A DNA stretch of 64,000 nt from Octopus sinensis. Taxonomy: Eukaryota. Below are positions 38,829 through 51,349 of this stretch, piece by piece. A program made the translations under genes and the position numbers. The notes under the pieces were generated by a model that ran no database searches, was not told where the DNA came from, and saw only the letters and a list, made by a program, of their open reading frames with translations. The stretch spans positions 37,324,001-37,388,000 of the forward strand of contig NC_042998.1 of assembly GCF_006345805.1 (NCBI RefSeq), in the 5' to 3' direction. Position 1 is the first letter of the stretch. The number at the start of each line of letters is the position of its first letter.

Positions 38829-41519
38829 ATGTTCGCTAACTTTAGATATCCTATTATTCTTTTACGAAATGCTTTATTCATTTAGATACAACGGAGATGT
38901 TTAACCTATCATTCTTTAGAAAGTAGATAGATTTTAGTTGGCATATCTTCTTTCATAAATCTATTAAGAAAAGTAGCTTTCATAAACCTATTTTTCGTAC
39001 AGTAATTTTTCGCTATTTAAAAAAAAATCTTTGACGCAATCTTTTAGAAAATTCTTATATATTTTTCTTCATTTTTAAAAAATTTCTGCACTCATTCCCC
39101 GTCTGAATTTCTATTGAATCCGTAAAGCATATCATATATGGTAACTGTTGAATACATGTACAGTCTCTGATTGTTTCCTGTCCAAGAGTTTTTATTTTGA
39201 TTCACTTGGAATCGTTCGGAAGATTAGTTACATTTACAAAGCAGTTGTATACACAGACGTGCATGTAATTTTTATGCTTCCAAAACTTATTTAAGATCTA
39301 TAATTAACAAGACGTTTTAAATAATACTATTTCTTTTCCTTGTGGAGCATATACATGGAGATATTTTGGAGAGGCGATTCGATTCCATACGATGCGGCAT
39401 CTAATAGACAATGTAAGAAGCAGGAATCTAACCGTTCTAAATTTTGTCTTCTGACTGTGGGGTGGCAGCGGGAAGCAAACATTCAACTGCCACTGAAATT
39501 TTTCCAGTCTTTCCTTAATCCATCCAGTAAAAATTTTTCTCACCTTCTTCTCTACCTGCACGTCTATTAAGAGAATACTTTCGAAGCATGTAAATAGCAT
39601 ACAACATTCAGCCATAGTCGTACGCTCATATAGTAAAGTACATGGACATAAATAACGCACAACATCAAATTGAAACGTGCCCGCATACGCACACGCAAAC
39701 AAAAAGAAATTGTACGTACCAACATGTTGACTTAATCTGTTAATAAACTTTTGTATACCAACATACTTAACTTCTTTTTAGTTTTTAATGTGATAAACAA
39801 AGTTGGAAAATTTTTATTGATCTCCTCCAGTCGCCATTCTTTTTCTATCTCCCCAATTTCTTCAGTCTCTTTATTTCTCAGTTTCCTCTTTAGCTTGCTC
39901 CATCTATTTATCTGATTATCTACATGTTTCTTTCTATCTGTCTCTCTCTTTATTTTCCCCTTCTCTCACTCCATCTCTCTCACTGACGTCATTAATAATT
40001 TAGATAGATTGTGCACAAAATCTTTCACAGAAGAAAACAACATTATAATATATTATATTATGCAATATAAATAATTCAGAACAAAATCTCAAAGTTTATA
40101 AATGAGTACGAAACACAGGGAAGTAAAACGAAACTAGAAACAGCAGATAAGTTATATTTTTATCTTTCCTAGAGCGAATCATTTCTTTTCCTATTGGGAA
40201 AATGCCTAAGACTTATCTCGATGTGTTGATTTTGACATAATCTTCCTAATATCTAAAATGACAAGGATGTTCTAGTTTCATAGCTTAGCCTGAGAAAATT
40301 ATAAGAGAAACACAAACGCCTTTGCATTACTACCTGAACTACCACCATTACAAATGAAATGTGATGCCAGCTTTGATTGTATAGTCCTATGCTCAAACGT
40401 TTACCTTTAAATGTAGATATCAGATAATGAAGTTGTTACGTATTCACTAAAACTACATTTATATATTGATGGAATTCATTAATCATTTTTTTAAGAAATA
40501 AAGATGTGATTTGAGGCTGATTTCTTCTTAATTCTAGCTGGTCTGCTGGCCATGTCAATACCCGTTTCTCCGTGAATTGTCATTGCAACAAATATATCTG
40601 ATTATAATTAAAATAACTGCAAGTAACAGATTCTTAAAATACGTGATGCAGCTCTTCAGTTTAGGTAACAAAATTATCATATTCCCATTAGACTTGAAGT
40701 AAATGAGATTAGTTTGTTCGACAAGTGTGGAATCTAACACTCAACGACACCGCCTACTTTTTATACAGGAGGAATTACAACCGTGTTTCGTGGTCTGCTA
40801 CCACAACAACTCCTTTATAGGATCCAGTTAGCTCAAGACATCATCAGGAGGAACCACGACCGGTTTCGGCCCCTACTCCTCTACCGTTTTGACGTGGAGC
40901 CCCCCCCCCCCCTTTCGGAGGTGTATTCAGCTCTGGGGTTGGGTGCATGTCTTCTTTCTTCTTCTTTCTTCTGTTCCCTGGCATCTTCGATGTATCGTCA
41001 GCGAGTGTCAGCCGGTGACTGACTGTCTTGTCAATTTTTTTTTTCCCTTTGTTAGTTGTTTATTTTCTTATACGAAGCCAATTATCTACTTATTGTTCCC
41101 AGACACTCATTGCTTTGTCTTAAATTTCTATCTCATTGCAGTGTAGATGCGATATGTAAAGAAGACGCATGTAAATGCAAAAACCTTTTAAAAAATCAAT
41201 TGTCACATAGGATGAAAATATAAAATTTTTCAAACGTTCTTTCTCCTCAAATTTATTAAAGGTCAAATGCTTTTAATTTGCGATGATGTTGTTTCAATAA
41301 ATATTGACCTCCTTGTGCCGATTATTCTTTATATGCTTCAATATGCCTTCCTCTCCCACACCACTGGTTCTTTCTCTCTTCTAGAATCAAATGTAAAAGT
41401 TCCGCAGGAAAAGATTCGTTACATTGAGTGACATAAAAAATAATTATGGACATAAATGTGCTAATAATTGGATACAAGACTCAAATTAGTCACACATTTA
41501 ATAGCATTGGAAAATTTGG

Positions 41520-42125
41520 GCACAAGGCCAGAAATTTGGGGATAAATCAATTTCATCAACTCCCAGAGCCCAATGGGTACATAATTTATCGGCCCAGAAA
41601 GTATAACAGATAAATTTAAGTTCGGTGAAATTTGAATTCAGAATATGAAAACGGATGAAATTCCGTTACGCAGTTTGTCCTGCGCGGTGACGATTCTGTC
41701 AGCTCGCCGCCATCATTGGAAATCAAATATTGATGTAAAGATTCCGTTGGAAATCTAATGCATTATTATGCTTATGATAATGGCTTGTAATTTACGCAGG
41801 ACAGGAATTTTGAGGTGGGGGGACTGATTGAGGATATCATCGATCCTGTACTTAATCTGGGACTTAATTTTATGGAGCTTAAAATGAAGAAAAAGCAATG
41901 TCTACCTCGGCGGGTTTTGAAATTACACCTTAAGAAGTAATAATCCTTTCTTTTATAGTCACGAGGCCTGAAATTTTGAGGAGGGGGGGCAGTCGATTAG
42001 ATCGACCCCAATGCGCAACTGGTACTTAATTTATCGACCCCAAAATGATGAAAAGCAAAGTTGACCTGGGCGGAATTTGAACTGAGAACTTGATAGACGA
42101 AACACTGCTAAGTATTTCGTCTGCC
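41520..42125 (-). mobile_element. Three stacked fragments of SINE family B, same orientation
   Basis: ~41520-41712 ends in CTGTCAGCTCGCCGCC (head, reversed). ~41790-41930 and ~41960-42125 contain ACTTAATTT(T)AT.GA and (TCT/TTG)ACCT.GGCGG motifs, the reverse complement of the body of 55744-55978. Confidence 0.6.
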
Positions 42126-42569
42126 TTTTGCGTAAGAAGTAATAATAAATGACAGAATGCTTCCCCACCCCCCGACGCTGTACCCTTTCTTCCGGCTCGC
42201 CGGCTTCATTATGCGAATAATGATACGCACAATATAAACTAAACGCTTAAGAAGGAGCACTTTAGAAATTCCATCAGAAATACGGAAAGGAAATTTTAAA
42301 AACTAACGTCTTAATTGAAAACGTTGCGTTATGACATAACAGAGAAACTATATCTCTATATCAACCAATCGCGAGCGATAACTATTGGGACAACGTTTAA
42401 GTGAATGACGCAGTCATCTTGGATGTCATTTGTCGAATCTCATATTTATATTAGTTGCATATAGACTAGATCTGGACAGCGTATTAGATGTACCAGGAAT
42501 GGTACTGGACTGTCATTACCGTTTCATCATCATCAAATGCAATAACTTACTATTAAACTAATAAACATA

Positions 42570-42734
42570 GGCGCAGGGGTGGCTGTGTGGTAAGTAGCTT
42601 GCTAACCAGCCACATGGTTCCGGGTCCAGTCCCACTGCGTGGCATCTTGGGCAAGTGTCTTCTGCTATAGCCCCGGGCCGGCCAATGCCTTGTGAGTGGA
42701 TTTGGTAGACGGAAACTGAAAGAAGCTTGTCGTA

Positions 42735-42777
<43 letters not shown>

Positions 42778-42993
42778 ATTATATATGCGTTTGTGTGTCT
42801 GTGTTTGTCCTCCTAGCATTGCTTGACAACCGATGCGGGTGTGTTTACGTTCCCGTCACTTAGCGGTTCGGCAAAAGAGACCGATAGAACAAGTACTGGG
42901 CTTACAAAGAATAAGTCCCGGGGTCGATTTGTTCGACTAAAGGCGGTGCTCCAGCATGGCCTCAGTCAAATGACTGAAACAATTAAAAAAAAA
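42570..42993 (+). mobile_element. tRNA-derived SINE, family A, full length
   Basis: GGCGCAGGGGTGGCTGTGTGGTAAG head with B-box-like GGTCCAGTCCC, internal (AT)/(GT) tract, GGCGGTGCTCCAGCATGGCC...TGACTGAAAC tail and A-rich end. Confidence 0.9.
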
Positions 42994-43764
42994 TGTAATA
43001 CGATGCAACATGACATAACATACAGAAAATATTTCCGCCATCAAATGTAATGCTTACTTTTCTATCCCAACAATAGCTGGATGATACGATGTCCTATAAA
43101 ACATTAGAAATAAAAGAAGCATTTATGCAAAATACTCAACAAATTTCAGAGGTATTTCGCCACGTTACGACACCAGATATTTTGTAAAACTGTGATCTTT
43201 GACAGGATCTGTACTCCAAATTACGATTATAGCCAATTATCAATATGCATCAATACTGGTTGAATATAATAGGAAAATAAGAACCGAATTCGACAACGGA
43301 TGACGTATTCATGCAACGGAGGATAATAAGAATGCCATGAACTTAGGACAAAAGGAGATTTAAGTTCATTGAATTAGTAAAGAAACTTCATAACGTATTA
43401 GGGAAATCAACCTTTTCTTACCTCATCATGGCAAACCTAAACGTTCTGCATTAATGATTATTTAAACACTATTTCACATTATATGACCATATACATAATT
43501 ATTCGATGGTAAATGGGCAGAATAATAATTCCAGCTTGTGACAACAAATATTTTTGCAGATGCTAAACTTGAATTATTATAAATCAAAATTTATATTAAA
43601 TATAACATATAGCTGCTCAAATCTATGCTGGAGAAATTCCTTTTGCGTTTATGTTTTGAGTTATTCGTTCCAGGAATTAAACTGTGACCTGGCGAGAGCA
43701 AAACACAAAAGATGTAGGATTGGCTAATGAAAGGAACCCTAAAAAAGAGACCGAAAGCAGCTTT

Positions 43765-43835
43765 CTCCTCCTCCTCCACCTCTTCTTCTTCTTCTTCTTC
43801 TTCTTCTTCTTCTTCTTCTTCTTCTTCTTCTTCTT

Positions 43836-43902
<67 letters not shown>

Positions 43903-43923
43903 GTAGTAGTAGTAGTAGTAGTA
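43765..43923. repeat. Compound (CTC)(TTC)n(ATT)n(GTA)n microsatellite
   Basis: Directly visible. Confidence 0.95.
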
Positions 43924-44285
43924 TATGAAAACTCTTAGCTTATTTTGCAGGGTTTGATGGATAGTGTCAGCTGTCCACAGCCAGCAGACTGAGGTGACAC
44001 TTGTTTACTGGACATGTTTCAAGGACCCTGCAAAGATTTCTTGCAGTTCCAAGCAATGATGATTTTTGTAGGTGTTCTATCTTTACAGATGTACTAATCT
44101 TTTTGAACCATGTGGCTTCAATCTTGAGGCAACATTCGATTACCATTTGGTTTTCCTCCTTATCCCACCTCCTTCTCTGCTTCTGTCTTTGCGTACAAGC
44201 AGTCTCCGATGACGACCACAAGTTACCTGCCGGGCGAAAGGCTTTCACCTATGGTTCCAGCCTGGTGAATAGCATTATTTGAAAC
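43924..44285 (-). mobile_element. Internally deleted R4/Dong-type element (N-terminus fused in frame to C-terminus)
   Basis: ORF 43967-44248: QRRRWDKEENQMVIEC(CL), an N-terminal-type motif, is joined at ~44125 to WFKKISTSVKIEHLQKSSLLGTARNLCRVLET, the C-terminal motif. A 3' UTR follows, ending in (TAC)n(TAA)n. Confidence 0.65.
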
Positions 44286-44339
44286 ATTAGTATTAGACAT
44301 TTCACTCATCATTCAGGTATGCGTTTTAAAGTTAGCCAC

Positions 44340-44690
44340 CAACCGGTATTTTTTATCGAGACACCATTTCTTGTCGGATTGTCACCATCTACCACATTCT
44401 CTGGATGGTGCCTGTACCACTTATCATGGGATTAAATTTTGTAGCATTCACAAGCATTCCAGTGTATGCATTACCCTAGTCTGTCATTCCTTATGAGGTA
44501 CTCCTTTTCAGTGAGTAATAATAACATAATCAAATGCGTCTGTCAGTTTTCCGTAAATTCTGCGCAACGGTTCAGATCCATATTTAAGGACGTTTGTATG
44601 ATAGTTTTGGTAAGAACGCTCTTATCTTGCGCTGCAATAACAAAACCTTTCAAATCTGTCCGTTGTAGCCGTTAGTGTGTAAGATTTTGA
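44340..44690 (-). mobile_element. Older R4/Dong-type fragment (zinc-finger region)
   Basis: GFVIAAQDKSV, EKEYLIRNDRLG, IHWNAC, KWYRHHPENVV; compare EGFLIAAQDQSL, KKEYIHRHDRVG, IHWKLC, RWYTHTPEKV at 45427-46242. Confidence 0.75.
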
Positions 44691-44781
44691 TCAATATCTG
44701 GTTCGGACGCGTGGTTGGTGTATTGTTGTTGTTGTTATCATCATCAGCATCATCATCATCATCATCATTATTATTATTATT

Positions 44782-45298
44782 GAGTGAGAGAGCAGTTCAT
44801 GCCATCAAAGTGACACTGGGGTAAAATATACGAAGCCCAATATACCCATCATGACTACCCGTCTGATAAAGGTACACCAGGCACATGCATCACAACCATA
44901 TGTGCGCGACATGGTGATCTCATATCAAGATAAACAGCACATGACCATGCAGGTGGGGCCCAGTTAGAATTTTCTTCAGGTTGAGTAGCCCATCCCGCTC
45001 AAAAGGTCCCTGAATAAGGGCTGTTTAAGGATGTTGAAAGAACCACCCATGTTTCCAGAGGTGAATTATTCAAACCCCAAAGAATCCCTCTCAACACATG
45101 GCTATGATGCTCCCCCACAAATTTTGCTCGTGATCAGAGATGCACATATCGTCAGCCACTAAGGGACATGCTCAACTGGTTAAGGTCAAACAACTGACAA
45201 GCAAATCTGTGGTATTGAGCAGAATATTTGCTGTAGCCCATCTTTTATACCAAGACCAAACAATGTACATGATAACACTTCCAATCAGTTAAGATCAG
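44782..45298. mobile_element. Unclassified 517-bp non-coding interspersed repeat inserted in (ATT)n
   Basis: Flanked by (ATT)n on both sides; second partial copy at 23044-23338; no ORF homology recognised. Confidence 0.8.
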
Positions 45299-45426
45299 TT
45301 ATTATTATTATTATATTATTATTATTATTCAGTAGTTTTATTTTTATAGCGTGCTTTCACTTCACTACCGAGCGCAGCTCTGTGTGCCTTGGGTATGTGC
45401 TGTGATTTGTTGTGATGCTCTGATGG

Positions 45427-46242
45427 TTATTGTATGGAAAGTGCTCTGCGTAGGATGTGTGCAGTGCCTAGTAGTGCAATTTTGTGTATGATATATGTGT
45501 TTGTAAGTCCTGGTGTTTTTGTTATGTATTTGTCTGAATATTTTTTTATCATGCCTAATGCACCTACTATGATAGGAATTGTTTCTGTTTTCAGATTCCA
45601 CATTCTAGTTACCTCTATTTCCAGGTCTTTGTATTTTGAGAGTTTCTCCATTTCTTTTAGAGACACGTTGTCATCTGCCGGTATTGATACATCAATTAGA
45701 AAGCATTTTTTTTCTTCGTGATCTCTGACAACTATATCTGGTCTGTTGGCCTTAATTTCTCTATCTGTGTGTATCGGCATATCCCAGAGTATGGTTGCTT
45801 TCTCGTTTTCTGTAACCTTTTCTGGTGTGTGCGTATACCATCTTTTTTCTGTTGTTATTCCATAATGTTGGCATAGCTTCCAGTGTATGTAGGTTCCAAC
45901 TCTGTCATGTCTGTGAATATATTCCTTCTTAGCCAGGACTGGACAGCTAGAGATAATATGATTTATTGTTTCTTGTCCATCTCCACATATTCTGCAGTTA
46001 CTTGTAATATTTCTTTTCATTACATGTTGTTGGTAATTTCTGGTGGGGAGGCTTTGGTCTTGTGCTGCAATTAAAAATCCCTCTGTTGCTGCTTTGAGTC
46101 CTGAGCTTCTCAACCATTGCTGGGATCTTTCTTTGTCTATTTCTTTTGCGTTTAGTTTAGTGCAGTATTTACCATGAAGGGGCTTTTCTTGCCATCGTTT
46201 TATCATGGTTCGTTGCTGTTCTATTTTTAGTTTGGATTTCAT
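45427..46242 (-). pseudogene. CCHC zinc finger + restriction-like endonuclease domain of the R4/Dong element
   Basis: CRICGDGQETINHIISSC, HRHDRV, RPDIVV..FLIDVSIP, KYKDL, PIIVGALG, ALLGTAHILRR. In frame with 46501-48054 across a single TGA. Confidence 0.95.
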
Positions 46243-46500
46243 TTGTTTTATAGCTTTTGTTGTTTCTTCATCATCTTCTTCTTCTTCTTCGTGTTTATTA
46301 GGTGGTATGATTTCTTGTTTGTATTTGTCAGCTTCCTTAAATACTGAGAACAGTTTTTTGTTTTGCTCGTGTTTTGCTGCTATCTGGATCAGTTTTCCTT
46401 CCTTCTGAAGTAGGTATTTTTGCAGTCCTATGGTGGTTATTTTATAGTAGTTTTCCAGCTGTATAAGGCCTCTACCACCTTCTATACGTTGTATATATAG

Positions 46501-48054
46501 TCATTCTATGTCAGATTTTGGGTGATGCATCCTAGATCCTGTCAGTATTTTTCTTGTTTTCCTATCTATTTTGGACAGTTCATTTCGTGTCCAGTTAAGG
46601 ATATTGTAGCTGTAACTTATAACTGGGACAGCTAAAGTGTTGATACCTATTATCTTGTTTTTAGCATTGAGCTCTGTTTTTAGTATTGATCTAACTCGTC
46701 TATAATATTCTTTTTTTATTTTCTCTTTCATTTGTGTGTGTTGTGTCTTATCTAGTTCATGGATTCCTAAGTATTTGTAAGTTTGGCTTTGGTCTAATTC
46801 TTTTATTTCATTGGTTTTATCTAGTGTGATGTTGTTACTTTTAACTAGTTTTCCTCTTTTCATGGTTACTTTGGCGCATTTTTCTAATCCAAATTTCATA
46901 TCTATTTCTTTGGTAAATCCATGAACTGTCTTTAATAGTGTTTCCAGCTGTTTGTCATTTGCAGCGTATAGTTTTAGGTCATGCATATATAAAAGGTGGC
47001 TGATCGTTTTGCCGTAACATTTATATCCGCATCCAGTTCTATTTAGCATATCAGATAGAGGTGACAGTGCCAAGCAGAAAAGGAGTGGAGAGAGCGTGTC
47101 TCCCTGGAATATTCCTCTTCTGATGGGGATGTCTTTGGTTTTCATGAGTCCCTCTTTTGTTTGGAGATGTAGGACTGTTTGCCATTTATTCATAGAGTGC
47201 TCTATGAATTTTATGATTGTTGGTGCTACTTTGTTAATGGCTAGTGTTTCAAGGATCCATGTGTGGGGGATACTATCAAACGCCTTTTTGTAGTCAATCC
47301 AGGCCATACTGAGGCCTTTCTTCTTTCTGTGGCTGTCTTCAGTTACGGCTTTATTAATCATTAGTTGATCTTTACAGCCATATGAGCCTTTGCGGCATCC
47401 TTTCTGCTCTTCTGGGAACAGTTTGTTTTCGTCCAGGTGCTTGTTCAGCCTTTGCGATATCACTGCAGTAAATGCCTTGAACATAGTAGGGAGGCAGGTT
47501 ATTGGTCTGTAGTTTTCTGGTTTTGCTGTTTCATTTGATTTGGGAATTAAGATGGTTTTCCCCTTCGTGAGCCATTCAGGCATTGTCTCTGGCTCTGCTA
47601 GTATGCTGTTAAAGTTTTCAGCCAGCTTTTTGTGCATTCCTGTTAGATATTTCAACCAGAAGTTGGGGATCTTGTCATGCCCAGGTGCATTCCAGTTGCT
47701 TAGTTTTTGCAGTGCCTGGGTGACCTCTTCAGTTGTTATGGGGGTCCAAAGTTGTTCAGATGCCGAGTTTGTTATTTTGATACTCCTTTTTTTTGGCTGT
47801 TCGTTCGCCGACCATATTTCTCTCCAGAATTCTTCCAATTCTTCTGCCGTTGGTGCTGCAGTGACTTCTATTTTACTTTTTCCCAGATCTTGGTAGAACT
47901 TTTTTGGGTTGGTCTTGAACTTTTTGTTCTGTTCAAAGAAGCGTTGGTGTTTCTCGTACCGGCGGATCCTTTGAGCTTTGGCAAGGATATCTTGCTTCAG
48001 CTTTTCTTTTATCTCCGGCAAATCTTTTTCTGTGATGTTATATTTGTGGAGCAT
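46501..48054 (-). pseudogene. Reverse transcriptase domain of the R4/Dong element
   Basis: 517-aa ORF with APGHDKI, ENYRPITCL, EEQKGCR, WIDYKKAFDSIPH, GIFQGDTLSPLLF, HLLYMHDLKL (YMDD changed to YMHD) and YKYLG. Confidence 0.95.
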
Positions 48055-48991
48055 TTTTGTTCTCTTTTTGTTGCTCAGTAGCGTTGATTCTTTGCTGATT
48101 TCATTAAGGATCGACAGGTCTTTTCTAATTTTTTAAATTTTGTTTTGGATGTTATTTATCCACAGGGTTTGTTTGGGTGGTGGTACTCCTGTTTGGGCGG
48201 GTTTGGGTGAGTATCCAGCTTCCTTTGTGGCTGCAGTGGCTGCTACGTATATCAAGTCATTTAGTTCAGTGATATCACTTTTTTTTGTTTCAGTGGCTAG
48301 TTCAGTGACGGCTAGGTTTATGCTGTTTATAATTGGTGTTGTTATTTCGTTTATTTTTATTCTTGGGAGGTATGGTCGGTGGTCCATTTTGGGCTCTGTG
48401 GTTTTCAGTTCTAAGATTATTTTATTTTTTTATATTATCATAATCATTAGGCTCCCCTTCGTTGTTTACATCGTGTTTGTTGGGAATGTTGCGTTTGTCT
48501 TCGTGTTTTACAGTTTCAGTGTTTATATTATTGGGCATTGTTGTGTGGCTTCTATCTACATTTTCCTGGTGTATGTTTTCTTTTAGGTGTTCTATTTCTA
48601 TTTCTGATATTGTTTTTGTGTTGAGAATGTATCTTCGTACGTTAGCTAATTTATTAGGGTTCATTGCTGTATCCAAGTCTATATCTCTATTATTTCCTTC
48701 CATATTTTATATGTATGTGTTGTTGTATTTTCATTTTTGGGGTAGAGTACTGCTGTGTAGTATGCGTGTAAGATAGAAATGTTTTCCTCACGTGTCCATT
48801 TACGTCTTTGGGTTTTATTTGCGGGACATGAGGTACAACGTCCGGCCCATTATTTTGACGGTCGTCATGTTCGTAGGGTACCGGTCCGTTTATTTCTGTT
48901 GTCACATTATTTCGCACGTGTAGTTTTTCGTACATTTTTTGTTGTAGGTTTAATGTACGTACCGCTCGATTGTTATTCTTGGGTTGAATAG

Positions 48992-49514
48992 TATCGGTGG
49001 CATTTAATTTCTTCGTAGTTCCTTTGTACATGGTGTTTGAGGTCGGGGGTGATCGTGATGTTCCACGCATGTTTACATGTGTTGCGTTAGAGGTGGAGAT
49101 AATATCGAGTCAAAATACATCATTTCGTTTCAAAAATAGTAATAAATTTCAATTAGTATTACTTACTCGGATACAGTCCAATTCTTTGTTAGCAAAACTT
49201 TGGCTCCATAGGATGTCCTTGTTTTCGATGTTTGTGGATAGATTTCGGAGCTCTGAATTTTCCTTCTTACACCTTAAACGTCCCCCGGTGTAATCCCTTA
49301 AACGTCCCCCGGTGTAATCTATCGGTGGCATTTAATTTCTTCGTAGTTCCTTTGTACATGGTGTTTGAGGTCGGGGATGATCGTGATGTTCCACGCATGT
49401 TTACATGTGTTGCGTTAGAGGTGGAGATAATATCGAGTCAAAATACATCATTTCGTTTCGAAAATAGTAATAAATTTCAATTAGTATTACTTACTCAGAT
49501 ACAGTCCAATTCTT
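48992..49514. repeat. 195-bp direct duplication at the 5' end of the R4 element, with an inner ~23-bp doublet
   Basis: 48992-49186 vs 49320-49514 differ at about three positions. CCTTAAACGTCCCCCGGTGTAAT occurs twice at 49272-49319. Confidence 0.9.
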
Positions 49515-49530
49515 CTTCTTCTTCTTCTTC

Positions 49531-49561
<31 letters not shown>

Positions 49562-50350
49562 AATCTGCGTATTATTTATTCAGTTAAAACACATGTAACC
49601 GCAAAGCATATGAAGGTGAAAATTTAGATACTACCCTCACGCACTTGTACTCACTAAGAGTCGATACCTCTTATGCGTGCAAAAATTCAATACTTTAGAA
49701 CCTTAACTTGTAATCTGGGATATTGTACTCAATTTGAAATCAATATGTTAAGGACACTTGTGTATTCCCATTGGTCATTAGGCTGAGATAAGTTTATGAA
49801 ATAATATCGCCTATTTCCAAATAATATCTGTATAATCTTAATGCATTTAGAAACTTTTCTTTCTTTCTTTTTTTGTATATTTCTGCTTCACTGTATTTGC
49901 ATATTGTGTCCGATGTTATTTTAAAAGATGTTCCCATTTAATAGATCGATAGAAATATATGAGTTGAAAAAGTGACCGATAAATTTACTACATTAAAAGA
50001 AAATATGAGAAGAAATATGTCAACAGCATATGATCAATAACTTTAGAAGCTGTCGTAGTTTGCCTAGTTTTAAGAAGAAAACCAGCGGCGTTACAAGATT
50101 TGAATTAGAACACACCGTTGAGATGTTGATTGCGTTTGGTCTCTCCAGATGGTACAAATAAGCAGGTGTCGTCCAGTCACTTGTGAAGATTAGAAGTAGA
50201 ATCCATACACAGACAGAGACATTTATGCATATATCACACCATTGTACACATACATACACAAATGTACTTCTCTCCCACTTTCTCTCCCTCTTCCTCCCTC
50301 TGTATCTCTCACTCTCACTCTCTCTCTCTATATATATGTATATATACATT

Positions 50351-50388
<38 letters not shown>

Positions 50389-50520
50389 CACATCAATACA
50401 TAAATACGTGTACATATACATATATATGTGTGTATGTGTGTGTGTGTGTATAGATACATAATCCATATGAATATATATACACATATATACATACATAAAT
50501 GCATATATAGATTGTTATTC

Positions 50521-50817
50521 GATTCACTCATTTGACTGAGGCCATACAGGAGCAACACCTTTAGTCGAACAAATCGACCCCAGGACTTATTCATTGTAAG
50601 CCCAGTACTTATTCTGTTGGTCCGTTTTGCCTAACCGCTAAGTTACGGGAACATTAACACACCAGCATGGTTGTCAAGCGATGTTGGGGGGACAAACACA
50701 GACACTAAGACATATATATACATATACACAAATATATATATATATATACGACGGGCCCGTTTCAGTTTCCGTCTACCAAATCCACCCACAAGGCTTTGGT
50801 CGGCCCGAGGCTATAGT
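50521..50817 (-). mobile_element. SINE family A copy lacking the head
   Basis: TTAGTCGAACAAATCGACCCC, GGTTGTCAAGCGATG, TTCAGTTTCCGTCTACCAAATCCAC, GGCCCGAGGCTATAGT. Confidence 0.85.
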
Positions 50818-51301
50818 GCAGATCGAGGCACAGTGCAGAAGGAGTAGTTCAGTTCATTTGGAATAATTAATTAAAGTAAGGGGGATAAGAAAAATGGTGA
50901 AGTACAAGTAATTAATGCTTTACAGCTGTTTCTGGGATATCCCATGTGATTTGTCAACATTTCCATACATGGCATTTCCATCCCCAGAGACAAGGTGTGG
51001 GTGTAGAAAACGTCCAGACAAAGAATTCATATACTGTGGTAGGGGCTTCAGTCGCCTGAACACAGAACCGAGCTGGAATCAACCGAATGAGATGGCCTTA
51101 CTGAAGGTGGGTACGGAAATAGGCGTAACTGTCCAGTCCGTCTAAGGATTTCTATGTTCAATGTACAGGGCGATTGCAGTCCGTATCAGAGCATATGTTA
51201 TGTGCCTAACAACAGCATTGGGGCATATTAGACAACTTCAGTCAAGTTTAGTTGGTGACTATAATTTTCCTTTCAATATAATATTGCAAACAGCTGTTTT
51301 T

Positions 51302-51349
<48 letters not shown>

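Larger units (their letters stand above)
45330..49514 (-). mobile_element. Near-full-length R4/Dong-type (RLE-clade) non-LTR retrotransposon, inactivated
   Basis: One ORF broken by nonsense codons at 48133-48135 and 46501-46503 and frameshifts near 48425 and 48700. It contains the RT, CCHC and PD-D endonuclease motifs, and has (ATT)n/(CTT)n at both ends. Confidence 0.95.

Noticed and set aside
40780-40880. CTGATGA and GAAACCGGTC on the minus strand, suggesting a hammerhead
   Set aside because: The order and flanking stems could not be assembled into stems I-III; at best a scrambled remnant.
42300-42420. Opposed CCAAT/ATTGG boxes with CpGs and a GTTATGACATAAC near-palindrome, suggesting a promoter
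   Set aside because: These are short motifs expected by chance, and no downstream gene was identified.
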